DNA of 60,660 bases, filler included, from Nemertoderma westbladi (lineage: Eukaryota; Animalia; Xenacoelomorpha), in assembly GCA_032718475.1 (NCBI GenBank). It is 3 parts of 3 records of this genome, joined end to end, with 100 filler letters (N's around TTAATTAATTAA, not from the genome) between each part and the next. Parts side by side here need not be neighbours in the genome. Positions count along the whole stretch, not along the records: positions 1 to 29,650 come from JAUCBJ010001645.1; 2 more parts are not named here. One strand, 5' to 3'. The position numbers and the translations under genes were made by a program. The notes beneath the pieces were generated by a model. That model was not told the origin of the DNA, did no database searches, and saw only the letters and a program-made list of their open reading frames with translations. Positions 11,695 through 24,560 of this stretch are shown here, in pieces. Each line of letters begins with the position of its first letter. Position 1 is the stretch's first letter.

Positions 11695-14600
11695 CACCTT
11701 GTTGGGGACTCTAATAATATATTCGAACATGAAGAAGCTGATGTTACTATTATTAGTTACATGTTAAAGTTATCTGATAATGACAAAATCAGACATATAC
11801 AAATAACAACAGATGATACATACATTTTCGTACTAGCAGTATTCTTCTGGCTATATCAACCAACTGTTCAACTCTCCATACGTAGATTTAATGGGAAAAT
11901 CGTAAATATCAACACCACTGCTATCCAACTCGGAAATCAGTGTGCTGGTCTCCTTTCTTTACACGCTTTATCTGGTTGCGATAATGCGATCACATTGCTG
12001 TGTAGGTTGCACGAATCCTTGCAGATTTTCTGTGATCCAAATGTTACAGAAGAAGAATGGCTACAAATAGGCCTCTCGTTCATTATACACCTCTATGGTG
12101 GTGGCATATCGGATACTCTGAATGAACTTCGACATGGGCTATTCACTACAAAGAAGCAACACCCTAAAGTATTCAACCTTCCCCCCACACAGAGTGCCGT
12201 TGTACAACATGTAAAACGGGCTCTTTTGCAAGTTCTTTTGTGGAGAGCTGCTGATGATCCTGCACCTCCACTGTTGGCTGTTAACAAGTTTGGTTGGATG
12301 GCGATTTATGACAAACTGATAGCGGATACTGGCGTCTCATCCATTGCCCCAATTTCGATCCTTAACACTATATCTTGTAATTGCAAGTCCGAAAGTGCCT
12401 GTTCTTCCAATCGATGCGGCTGCTCTATAGCCGCTCTACCATGTACTACAATATGCACCTGCACCACTTTAAATTGTAAAAATTAATACAATGTTTAAAG
12501 CAATGTTCCGTTTAAATAAATAATTTAATAAACATACAACTCTTCTAGCTGATTGATTAACTTTCGCAATACCAGTAATGGAGAATATTTGGGATAGATA
12601 CCCAGATAGGTACGCAGTAAAGAATGATGGCACATTGAATCTACTGTACCTATTTTCTGCAAACGTTGGATAGATAAACGTCAAAATTTGCATTTGAAAG
12701 GAGAAAACTAACTCATCTAATTTAATTAAATGAAAACTAAATGTGATTAATAACCCCCCAGTGATGATAATTGATTGCTTTTATAAATAGTTACATAAAT
12801 AATCTAAAGTTTAATAGTTGGCATATCTTAATAAACATCCCAAAGGCCAACATTTATGATTAATAATGTTGCTATGGGAACTAATCTTCTAGAAATTTTA
12901 TTCAGAATAATTAACAAGAGCTGTGGCAATAGGTGCAATGTCGCAGATATCTCAAAATAAAACCTTGTATGCCGGTTGCTATGGAAACTTAGGTTAAGTG
13001 CTTTATAAAAAGTTCCCCAAAGGTTCCGAAGTGGCCCCCGACGGAATTTGATTACTCTATGGTCCGTCTAAAGTTTAAGCAAATAAAAATGCGTGATGAC
13101 CCACAGTCACGGTGGACCCCTCTGCCTACCTGACTATATTATCTGAAACGCACCATAGTGGTGGCATTCGGGCACGAAAGTAAAATTTTCAGGATAAAAT
13201 AAATAAATAATTAATTATGTTAAGATAATATATAAATTATTGTATATAGTATCCAAATTTTGTAGCTATTTATTGCTTTTCCTACATAGTGCGGCTACAT
13301 CATAATACCCTAACACGATAGCAGATACTGTAGTATCGGCACTTTAATAATGGTGAGTGCAGTGCAAAGTGCAAGTCCACTGCAGTGTCAACTGCAGAGT
13401 GAGGTTTAAAAGTTTCATACTGCCACCCGGAATAACGAAACATAAATTCCCATTACAGAATGAGGAACAATTAAAAAATTGATAAAAAATATTTCCCGAA
13501 ATGATTTTACACCTTCGGCTAATAGTAGGTTGTGCTCCCGCCATTTTCTGCGTGAGGATTTGGTTGTTGTGTGGATGAAGGACAACAACAAATCAAGAGT
13601 ACACAACAAAGTGAAGAATATCACTATGTTAGTTGTAACATGTATTTAGTATTGTATTATTACAATTCATCAAAGAACAACTAGAATTAATAAAGAAACC
13701 CTTCTTGACAGCAAGGCGTTACTCTCCGTTGACCTTTGTTTTTTTGTTCAAAGGCATATGCTGTAATATGGTGGCCTATCATATCATGTTTTTTTGTCCA
13801 AATTAAAAACAATCTAAGAAAAAAATAAAAAATTGTCGATGTTGATGTTGATGTCATTCCCTCCATATAACTGATGATGCACTATCAACCTATCGAGCTG
13901 AAACCAGTAGCAAAATCGTTACTGAAATTCAAATTACTGTACTCTTCAAATCCTGATGCTGCCTTACTCAATGTTAAATAATTTAGTGTTCTCGAATATT
14001 TATTGTTTAACTAGAGTGCCGCTTAGCACATAACCAATATTGGATATTGAGTTCCGTTTTGGAAGTTTCAATAACTTTTGAGTGTCTGAATGGATTTTGC
14101 TCAAATCTCTACAAAACCTTTTCTACGCATATTATAATCACTAAAAACGAGAATATCATGTTAACAAGTTGGCAACAGCTAATAGAGAGGAGCCTTCGAG
14201 TTTCCTCCGGTGCCTCATGTCTCACTACAACTTTACTTTTATTTACCTTCTACAACTTTTTCAACACAAGATCTATTAGAATGTAATGCCCAGTACTTTG
14301 GTTATAAACATTGGTATTCCAGAGCATTAGCTAATAACTGGGAAGCAAAACTAAATCTAAAAAGAGGAAGGATTTGGGTGAAATGCAAGAATTTCCTAGT
14401 GTAAGAAATGATTGACTTGCGAACCAGTGCTTACTGTTTCTGGCTAGGTATAGATAGACCTTGATCAGCACCCGCTGGTGGGTTAAGGCTCGCACAGCGA
14501 GACCCCCCCCCCCCCCCCCCCTAATAAATTCTTAATAAACGTAGACTCATATTCAGTGTAGATGTAGAAACAACTACGGCCTACCAGTCGAATTGTGAAA

Positions 14601-15929
14601 ACAGAAAAGTTAACATGTGAAACTGGTTCGACCAATATCGCTGACTTATAATATTATTTGGGCTTTTCAATTTATAATTAATTCCAATTTAGAAATTTAT
14701 TTGCTGTCCCTATTCATTCATAGCCAAATTGTAGACATGTTAAAAAACCGGTTTCAAAAATTATATTATGGCAACGGATTGAAAAAAGTACAAATGAGAT
14801 ACTAAAGATTGTATTAAGAGAAATAATGTGAATTTTAAGGTTTGCTTTACTGATGATGGTGAAAGAGTCTTTATCTTATTTTGAAGAGTTCCACTCCCCC
14901 TAGAGATAAAGAGATATAAGAATGAAAACTATAGATTCCACGGCCATAAAGAAGTCGAATTTTGTAGATAACAATCCGAACTCAAAGCTGAGTGATCGGA
15001 TACACTATCGTTATATAATTACTCATTTCGTTTGAGCAAAGACATTCCTATGAGCAGGTGTTTCCCTAGGATTGATTGCATTATAATATATAATGTTAGT
15101 GTAGTAAATCAGAGAGTAAGAATAATTGGTGTAATGGAAAATATGACATTATTTAAGAAAGTTCCATAATATAAATATTTTATTTATGAATGTCTGAAGT
15201 ATTATTTCATTGAGTAATGGTTTAACAGCATCTTCCAAAGTGCTTTTCAATTTTCTGAAGTCTTAGATAGATTAAATAGTGTAAGTTAAAGTATATGACA
15301 CATTAATGTTTATTAACAGTAATCTAGTTTGTTAGATTACCGAGTATTAGTAAAATTGTGTATTCGATTCGAGCAAGATTTAGTGATATATTATAGTCAA
15401 TAAATTACCAGTTTCCCATTATTAATACAAACAATACAAACTGGTGAGCAGCAATCTCTCACTGCTTAACGATTCATCCCTGTCAGAATGCCGATTGCTC
15501 TCTCTACCTTGTCGTCCATCGGTCCATCGTCCCACCAGCTTAAGATCACGGGTCCTGCTGTGGTATAAAATCACCGTCGATGGTTTGGTATTAAACTGGG
15601 GTCCTCAAAGGTAAAATTGAGTTGATGTTTTTAATTAACAATATAATCTCCAAAAGTTGAATTAACAGTTATCTCAACTACGTTAAGGAAAACGTACAAA
15701 CTGGTCAACATTATAACAATCACACCACTTAGGGGACATTATGGTCACAAAGACCAAGAAGTGGAAGATGATATACCAATATAGCAGTAGAATCGACAGA
15801 GAGAGAGAGAGAATACTCACAATAAAGAAATCGCTGCTTATATCTTGACAAATCCAATATCAATATAATCAATAAGCACTGACCGGTAATCTGGTTTGTA
15901 ATCAGTTCACACCTTCACCTGATTGATGG

Positions 15930-16600
15930 GCTGTTGTGAGCTATAAGGGCTCCATTACTTCCTGCTACCGTGGACTCGTTCGTCACACAGAGAACGAATG
16001 TAACAATAATCTCACCAAGGATCACATCGATTTCCAATATTATGAACATGCGAGGGAAGATTGAAACTTGATCGAGATACATAATATGCTATTTGTTGCC
16101 TTTCTTGTGGATATTTCACAGAGTCTCCGGGTTCCAAGGTGCCAAGACCCTGTGAGAAGCATTCTTATTCTCCTGTATATAGATAGACCCTTTTAGGATC
16201 TCTGACTCAGGGGAGAATAAATTCACTTGTTTGTCATCATTGATTAAGAATATGCTGCTCATTTGTTCAATTAATAATACATAATACAATAATCCATTTT
16301 ATAAAAGTGACATCAGGTGAAAGGTTAACTGGACCATTATTAGCCACCTCCTACCAATGTGGATAGTAATTTGTTACTACCTGCTTCCGCACCGCATGCC
16401 CTGTATTTGGTAATTAATTACCATTACCAGGCTGCTTCCTTTCATTCCCTATGGTCAGGACAAATATCCCCTTATTCCTCTCCAAGGGTGCATTCATTGA
16501 TGGAAGGAAGCCTCATATCTCATGGTTCTGACATAGTGATTGTTTTTGATATATCGATTCAACCTACACGGATCTGATCAAATCAATCAACATAATCACC
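15930..16600 (+). pseudogene. Highly degenerate LINE (CR1/L2/Jockey-like) RT remnant
   Basis: Only weak collinear echoes of RT motifs: VAFLVDISQ (~16095) resembles FLDLSKAFD; SGFQG...LILLYID (~16125-16185) resembles GVPQG...LFLLYIND. Confidence 0.25.
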
Positions 16601-18572
16601 ATTTCCCCTATCTACAACTCCTAGATTTAATGACAAAAAAAAAATAGAATATTATCTCAGGGAGGTGCGATAACAACTGGGAGAAGGCTTCAAACTAACC
16701 AGATCTCCAAACTAAAATATTTACTCTATTAAGTAATATGATTTTACTTAACATTGCATTGTGGAGCAGATTAAGTATTATACACTGTACATATAGTTGA
16801 GAAGGTTATATATTTCCACAATCATATTATTTGGAGTAATTGAGTCTTGTATGATTTATTTATTTCGGAGATATGTTCTATTAAAATAGTGAGAAAGTAC
16901 AAAACAATAATGATATACTAACTACACTAATAATATAGTATCTATAATACAATTGTCAATGTTGTATGTATGTATCTATGTTTGTTGTAGCCCTATCTCT
17001 GCCTAAACGCTCCGGTGAATCGTTACGCGACTTTGTATGGTGGTTTATATGTGTATCGGCCATGGAATAGGAAAGTTACTAGGATTAGGATCTTAACATG
17101 TTGAGCTCAATATCCATTGCTATCGAACACCAGCCAATTATTAGATGTTGTCGGTGTGCGCTATTATTAAAGGTCAAACAGACTATATGAACTTGATTAC
17201 TTTTCATTATTATCAATAAAATCAATGAGAATTTGTCATTGATTGCTTACTAGTTGTAACCCAGAATCAATGTGTGTTTATTGAACTTGGAGCACACATT
17301 AACTTGTTTAGCTGGCTATTACAGCCTCAGCTGAAAGCTCTTCCCAATGCATCATCCTATGGGAAGATCTACAAGGTTACTCTCTCTTTACTCTGACAGT
17401 TTGATCTGCTAACCAAAAGCAATACGCAGTACATATCACAGATTTAGTCTTCTCGGATATACCTACTGGTAATGTTGATTTTTATTTCTTGAAATATACG
17501 TTTACTCGCTCTAGCGAGGGCCCACTTCAGTGCACTACTATAGAGCTATAATAAAAACATGGCATAAGGTTAACATTGATTCCCCATCTGTCAGATTGGA
17601 AGGTATTTCTTCCGAATTTCTCTGTTTGCCCAGTACTTACAAATATATCTAAGGAATGTGTTTGTGTGTCTGGGTGTAGGGGTGCCGGATTCCTCATTTT
17701 GAATTAGCCCTTTGTATGCTAGCCCTGGCGGTAATGATGATACATGTGCATGAGTGGCTACTGTAGAAATAGAGAATTATGCTTGCATTCCTGGGTTTTA
17801 TATATAACTCAAAGTCTATGCGACCTAATGAGTTTAACCATGGCTAAAACTTTTAAGAAAGGCAAACTTGAGTACGATTTGTCCATATTTTATGTGAGGA
17901 ATTGGTGGAGTTCCTATTACACATGTTGCCAAACCGACCATTCGTCATCCAAGCACCTAAACCAACAGGAGAAAGACAGAATGATGGTTGTTCAAATAGA
18001 CACTTTCTTTCATATGTATGTAGATCGTGGCAAAAGATGCCGCTCCTGTCACCCATGCCTAGCCTGTTGTTCCGGCTTTAAAATTACCATTAAACCGAAA
18101 AATTGAAAATTCCCTATGGGTCTGTAGTAGTCCATAAAAATGAGTAATCTCCAACCCGTACATGTTAATATTCGCTTTGTGTTCATCCACAAATCCTGTA
18201 ACTACCTATATGCCCTCCCTTACACCGGTTATATTAGTGTACATTGCTTGGATGTTCTAGCTGAATATTATATCGCCCGGGTCCAGGGGTTGGATATTTT
18301 TTATACGCTCCATAAAGTACACAGTGTTTTTAAGTCGCTCTGGTCGGATAGACTGTGAATTATATATAAAACCCAGTAATGCAGACATTATTCTCAATTT
18401 CTACAGTAGCCACTCATGCACATGTATCATCAGTACCGCCAGGGCTAGCGTACAACGGGCTATTAGAAACAGTTCGGCGATGGAGGGATGTATGCGTAGC
18501 CTACTCATACAGTACATAACATTTTCGTGCCAAATAAATACCCAATACAAACTATCACCAAACTAATTCAAA

Positions 18573-21500
18573 ATGAGAACCCGGCACCCTTACACCCAGA
18601 TGAGAACCCGGCACCCTTACACCCAGATGAGAACCCGGCACCCTTACACCCAGATGAGAACCCGGCACCCTTACACCCAGATGAGAACCCGGCACCCTTA
18701 CACCCAGATGAGAACCGGCACCCTTACACCCAGATGAAAACCCGGCACCCTTACACCCAGATGAGAACCCGGCACCCTTACACCCAGATGAGAACCCGGC
18801 ACCCTTACACCCAGATGAGAACCGGCACCCTTACACCCAGATGAGAACCCGGCACCCTTACACCCAGATGAGAACCGGCACCCTTACACCCAGATGAAAA
18901 CCCGGCACCCTTACACCCAGATGAGAACCCGGCACCCTTACACCCAGACGAGAACCCGGCACCCTTACACCCAGATGAGAACCCGGCACCCTTACACCCA
19001 GACGAGAACCCGGCACCCTTACACCCAGATGAGAACCCGGCACCCTTACACCCAGATGAGAACCCGGCACCCTTACACCCAGATGAGAACCCGGCACCCT
19101 TACACCCAGATGAGAACCCGGCATCCTTACACCCAGATGAGAACCCGGCACCCTTACACCCAGATGAGAACCCGGCACCCTTACACCCAGATGAGAACCC
19201 GGCACCCTTACACCCAGATGAGAACCTGTCACCCTTACACCCAGATGAGAACCCGGCACCCTTACACCCAGATGAGAACCCGGCACCCTTACACCCAGAT
19301 GAGAACCCGGCACCCTTACACCCAGATGAGAACCCGGCACACTTACACCCAGATGAGAACCGGCACCCTTACACCCAGATGAGAACCGGCACCCTTACAC
19401 CCAGATGAGAACCCGGCACCCGTACACCCAGATGAGAACCCGGCACCCTTACACCCAGATGAGAACCCGGCACCCTTACACCCAGATGAGAACCCGGCAC
19501 CCTTACACCCAGATGAGAACCGGCACCCTTACACCCAGATGAGAACCCGGCACCCTTACACCCAGATGAGAACCGGCACCCTTACACCCAGATGAGAACC
19601 GGCACCCTTACACCCAGATGAGAACCCGGCACCCTTACACCCAGATGAGAACCGGCACCCTTACACCCAGATGAGAACCCGGCACCCTTACACCCAGATG
19701 AGAACCGGCACCCTTACACCCAGATGAGAACCGGCACCCTTACACCCAGATGAGAACCCGGCACCCTTACACCCAGACACACGAACCCGACACCCTTACA
19801 CCCAGATGAGAACCCGGCACCCTTACACCCAGATGAGAACCCGGCACCCTTACACCCAGACACACGAACCCGGCACCCTTACACCCAGATGAGAACCCGG
19901 CACCCTTACACCCAGACACACGAACCCGGCACCCTTACACCCAGATGAGAACCCGGCACCCTTACACCCAGATGAGAACCCGGCACCCTTACACCCAGAT
20001 GAGAACCGGCACCCTTACACCCAGACACACGAACCCGGCACCCTTACACCCAGATGAGAACCCGGCACCCTTACACCCAGATGAGAACCCGGCACCCTTA
20101 CACCCAGACACACGAACCCGGCACCCTTACACCCAGATGAGAACCCGGCACCCTTACACCCAGACACACGAACCCGGCACCCTTACACCCAGATGAGAAC
20201 CCGGCACCCTTACACCCAGACACACGAACCCGGCACCCTTACACCCAGATGAGAACCCGGCACCCTTACACCCAGATGAGAACCCGGCACCCTTACACCC
20301 AGATGAGAACCCGGCACCCTTACACCCAGATGAGAACCCGGCACCCTTACACCCAGATGAGAACCCGGCACCCTTACACCCAGATGAGAACCCGGCACCC
20401 TTGCACCCAGATGAGAACCCGGCACCCTTACACCCAGATGAGAACCCGGCACCCTTACACCCAGATGAGAACCCGGCACCCTTACACCCAGATGAGAACC
20501 CGGCACCCTTACACCCAGATGAGAACCCGGCACCCTTACACCCAGATGAGAACCCGGCACACTTACACCCAGATGAGAACCGGCACCCTTACACCCAGAT
20601 GAGAACCGGCACCCTTACACCCAGATGAGAACCCGGCACCCTTACACCCAGATGAGAACCGGCACCCTTACACCCAGATGAGAACCGGCACCCTTACACC
20701 CAGATGAGAACCCGGCACCCTTACACCCAGACACACGAACCCGGCACCCTTACACCCAGATGAGAACCCGGCACCCTTACACCCAGATGAGAACCCGGCA
20801 CCCTTACACCCAGATGAGAACCGGCACCCTTACACCCAGATGAGAACCCGGCACCCTTACACCCAGATGAGAACCGGCACCCTTACACCCAGATGAGAAC
20901 CCGGCACCCTTACACCCAGATGAGAACCGGCACCCTTACACCCAGATGAGAACCGGCACCCTTACACCCAGATGAGAACCCGGCACCCTTACACCCAGAC
21001 ACACGAACCCGGCACCCTTACACCCAGATGAGAACCCGGCACCCTTACACCCAGATGAGAACCCGGCACCCTTACACCCAGATGAGAACCGGCACCCTTA
21101 CACCCAGATGAGAACCCGGCACCCTTACACCCAGATGAGAACCGGCACCCTTACACCCAGATGAGAACCGGCACCCTTACACCCAGATGAGAACCCGGCA
21201 CCCTTACACCCAGATGAGAACCGGCACCCTTACACCCAGACGAGAACCCGGCACCCTTACACCCAGATGAGAACCCGGCACGCTTACACCCAGATGAGAA
21301 CCTGTCACCCTTACACCCAGACGAGAACCCGGCACCCTTACACCCAGACACACGAACCCGGCACCCTTACACCCAGATGAGAACCCGGCACCCTTACACC
21401 CAGATGAGAACCGGCACCCTTACACCCAGACGAGAACCCGGCACCCTTACACCCAGATGAGAACCGGCACCCTTACACCCAGATGAGAACCCGGCACCCT

Positions 21501-24404
21501 TACACCCAGATGAGAACCGGCACCCTTACACCCAGACGAGAACCCGGCACCCTTACACCCAGATGAGAACCGGCACCCTTACACCCAGACGAGAACCCGG
21601 CACCCTTACACCCAGATGAGAACCCGGCACCCTTACACCCAGATGAGAACCGGCACCCTTACACCCAGATGAGAACCCGGCACCCTTACACCCAGATGAG
21701 AACCCGGCACCCTTACACCCAGATGAGAACCTGTCACCCTTACACCCAGATGAGAACCCGGCACCCTTACACCCAGACACACGAACCCGGCACCCTTACA
21801 CCCAGATGAGAACCCGGCACCCTTACACCCAGACACACGAACCCGGCACCCTTACACCCAGATGAGAACCCGGCACCCTTACACCCAGACACACGAACCC
21901 GGCACCCTTACACCCAGATGAGAACCCGGCACCCTTACACCCAGATGAGAACCGGCACCCTTACACCCAGATGAGAACCCGGCACCCTTACACCCAGACA
22001 CACGAACCCGGCACCCTTACACCCAGATGAGAACCCGGCACCCTTACACCCAGATGAGAACCGGCACCCTTACACCCAGACGAGAACCCGGCACCCTTAC
22101 ACCCAGATGAGAACCGGCACCCTTACACCCAGATGAGAACCCGGCACCCTTACACCCAGATGAGAACCGGCACCCTTACACCCAGACGAGAACCCGGCAC
22201 CCTTACACCCAGATGAGAACCGGCACCCTTACACCCAGACGAGAACCCGGCACCCTTACACCCAGATGAGAACCCGGCACCCTTACACCCAGATGAGAAC
22301 CGGCACCCTTACACCCAGATGAGAACCCGGCACCCTTACACCCAGATGAGAACCCGGCACCCTTACACCCAGATGAGAACCTGTCACCCTTACACCCAGA
22401 TGAGAACCCGGCACCCTTACACCCAGACACACGAACCCGGCACCCTTACACCCAGATGAGAACCCGGCACCCTTACACCCAGACACACGAACCCGGCACC
22501 CTTACACCCAGATGAGAACCCGGCACCCTTACACCCAGACACACGAACCCGGCACCCTTACACCCAGATGAGAACCCGGCACCCTTACACCCAGATGAGA
22601 ACCGGCACCCTTACACCCAGATGAGAACCCGGCACCCTTACACCCAGACACACGAACCCGGCACCCTTACACCCAGATGAGAACCCGGCACCCTTACACC
22701 CAGATGAGAACCCGGCACCCTTACACCCAGATGAGAACCGGCACCCTTACACCCAGACGAGAACCCGGCACCCTTACACCCAGATGAGAACCGGCACCCT
22801 TACACCCAGACGAGAACCCGGCACCCTTACACCCAGACACACGAACCCGGCACCCTTACACCCAGATGAGAACCCGGCACCCTTACACCCAGATGAGAAC
22901 CCGGCACCCTTACACCCAGACACACGAACCCGGCACCCTTACACCCAGATGAGAACCGGCACCCTTACACCCAGATGAGAACCCGGCACCCTTACACCCA
23001 GATGAGAACCGGCACCCTTACACCCAGATGAGAACCCGGCACCCTTACACCCAGATGAGAACCGGCACCCTTACACCCAGATGAGAACCTGTCACCCTTA
23101 CACCCAGACGAGAACCCGGCACCCTTACACCCAGACTCACGAACCCGGCACCCTTACACCCAGATGAGAACCCGGCACCCTTACACCCAGATGAGAACCG
23201 GCACCCTTACACCCAGACGAGAACCCGGCACCCTTACACCCAGATGAGAACCGGCACCCTTACACCCAGATGAGAACCCGGCACCCTTACACCCAGATGA
23301 GAACCGGCACCCTTACACCCAGATGAGAACCCGGCACCCTTACACCCAGATGAGAACCGGCACCCTTACACCCAGATGAGAACCTGTCACCCTTACACCC
23401 AGACGAGAACCCGGCACCCTTACACCCAGACACACGAACCCGGCACCCTTACACCCAGATGAGAACCCGGCACCCTTACACCCAGATGAGAACCGGCACC
23501 CTTACACCCAGACGAGAACCCGGCACCCTTACACCCAGATGAGAACCGGCACCCTTACACCCAGATGAGAACCCGGCACCCTTACACCCAGATGAGAACC
23601 GGCACCCTTACACCCAGATGAGAACCCGGCACCCTTACACCCAGATGAGAACCGGCACCCTTACACCCAGATGAGAACCCGGCACCCTTACACCCAGACG
23701 AGAACCCGGCACCCTTACACCCAGATGAGAACCCGGCACCCTTACACCCAGACGAGAACCCGGCACCCTTACACCCAGATGAGAACCCGGCACCCTTACA
23801 CCCAGATGAGAACCCGGCACCCTTACACCCAGATGAGAACCCGGCACCCTTACACCCAGATGAGAACCCGGCACCCTTACACCCAGATGAGAACCCGGCA
23901 CCCTTACACCCAGATGAGAACCGGCACCCTTACACCCAGATGAGAACCCGGCACACTTACACCCAGATGAGAACCCGGCACCCTTACACCCAGATGAGAA
24001 CCGGCACCCTTACACCCAGATGAGAACCCGGCACCCTTACACCCAGATGAGAACCCGGCACCCTTACACCCAGATGAGAACCCGGCACCCTTACACCCAG
24101 ATGAGAACCGGCACCCTTACACCCAGATGAGAACCCGGCACCCTTACACCCAGATGAGAACCCGGCACCCTTACACCCAGATGAGAACCGGCACCCTTAC
24201 ACCCAGATGAGAACCCGGCACCCTTACACCCAGATGAGAACCCGGCACCCTTACACCCAGATGAGAACCCGGCACCCTTACACCCAGATGAGAACCGGCA
24301 CCCTTACACCCAGATGAGAACCCGGCACCCTTACACCCAGATGAGAACCCGGCACCCTTACACCCAGATGAGAACCCGGCACCCTTACACCCAGACACAC
24401 GAAC
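18573..24404. repeat. 27-bp satellite/minisatellite array, about 5.8 kb and roughly 215 units, with 26- and 29-bp variants
   Basis: Consensus ATGAGAACCCGGCACCCTTACACCCAG; variants GAACCGG (26 bp), GACACACGAACCC (29 bp), GACGAGAAC and GAACCTGTC. All ORFs in the array are repeat artefacts. Confidence 0.98.
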
Positions 24405-24504
24405 ACATTCCTAGATCCCTCCCCTCTTCCTTTCGTTATTCCATACGTAGATAGACGAATGTCTACGACACCGTATCCTAAACAATATACGGGTGTAAAC
24501 GTTA

Positions 24505-24560
24505 CGCCGACAGCCGACAACCAACAGCCGACAACCAGCAGCCGACAACCGACAGCCGAG
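24505..24560. repeat. Short (GCCGACAACC/ACA)-type microrepeat inside the PLE remnant
   Basis: GCCGACA and CAACC motifs repeated several times. Confidence 0.75.

Larger units (their letters stand above)
8253..13136 (+). mobile_element. Decayed AcademX-type DNA transposon (DDE transposase + XPG/FEN-like nuclease + Cys8 zinc finger), pseudogenised
   Basis: Collinear frameshifted ORFs carry CxxC...HxxC (8253); WIDNFD...SH (9185); ADMAIY, LGGMH and GHWNYARY (9495); DQFGEQTY (~10093); VDGNASLY and IIFDRY (10412); HEEADV (~11728); DDT, HALSGCD, LPPT...H..R...Q...W and CNC..C..C.C..CT..C.C (11761). A putative right end ...CCTGACTA lies at 13136; no left TIR was found. Confidence 0.75.
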
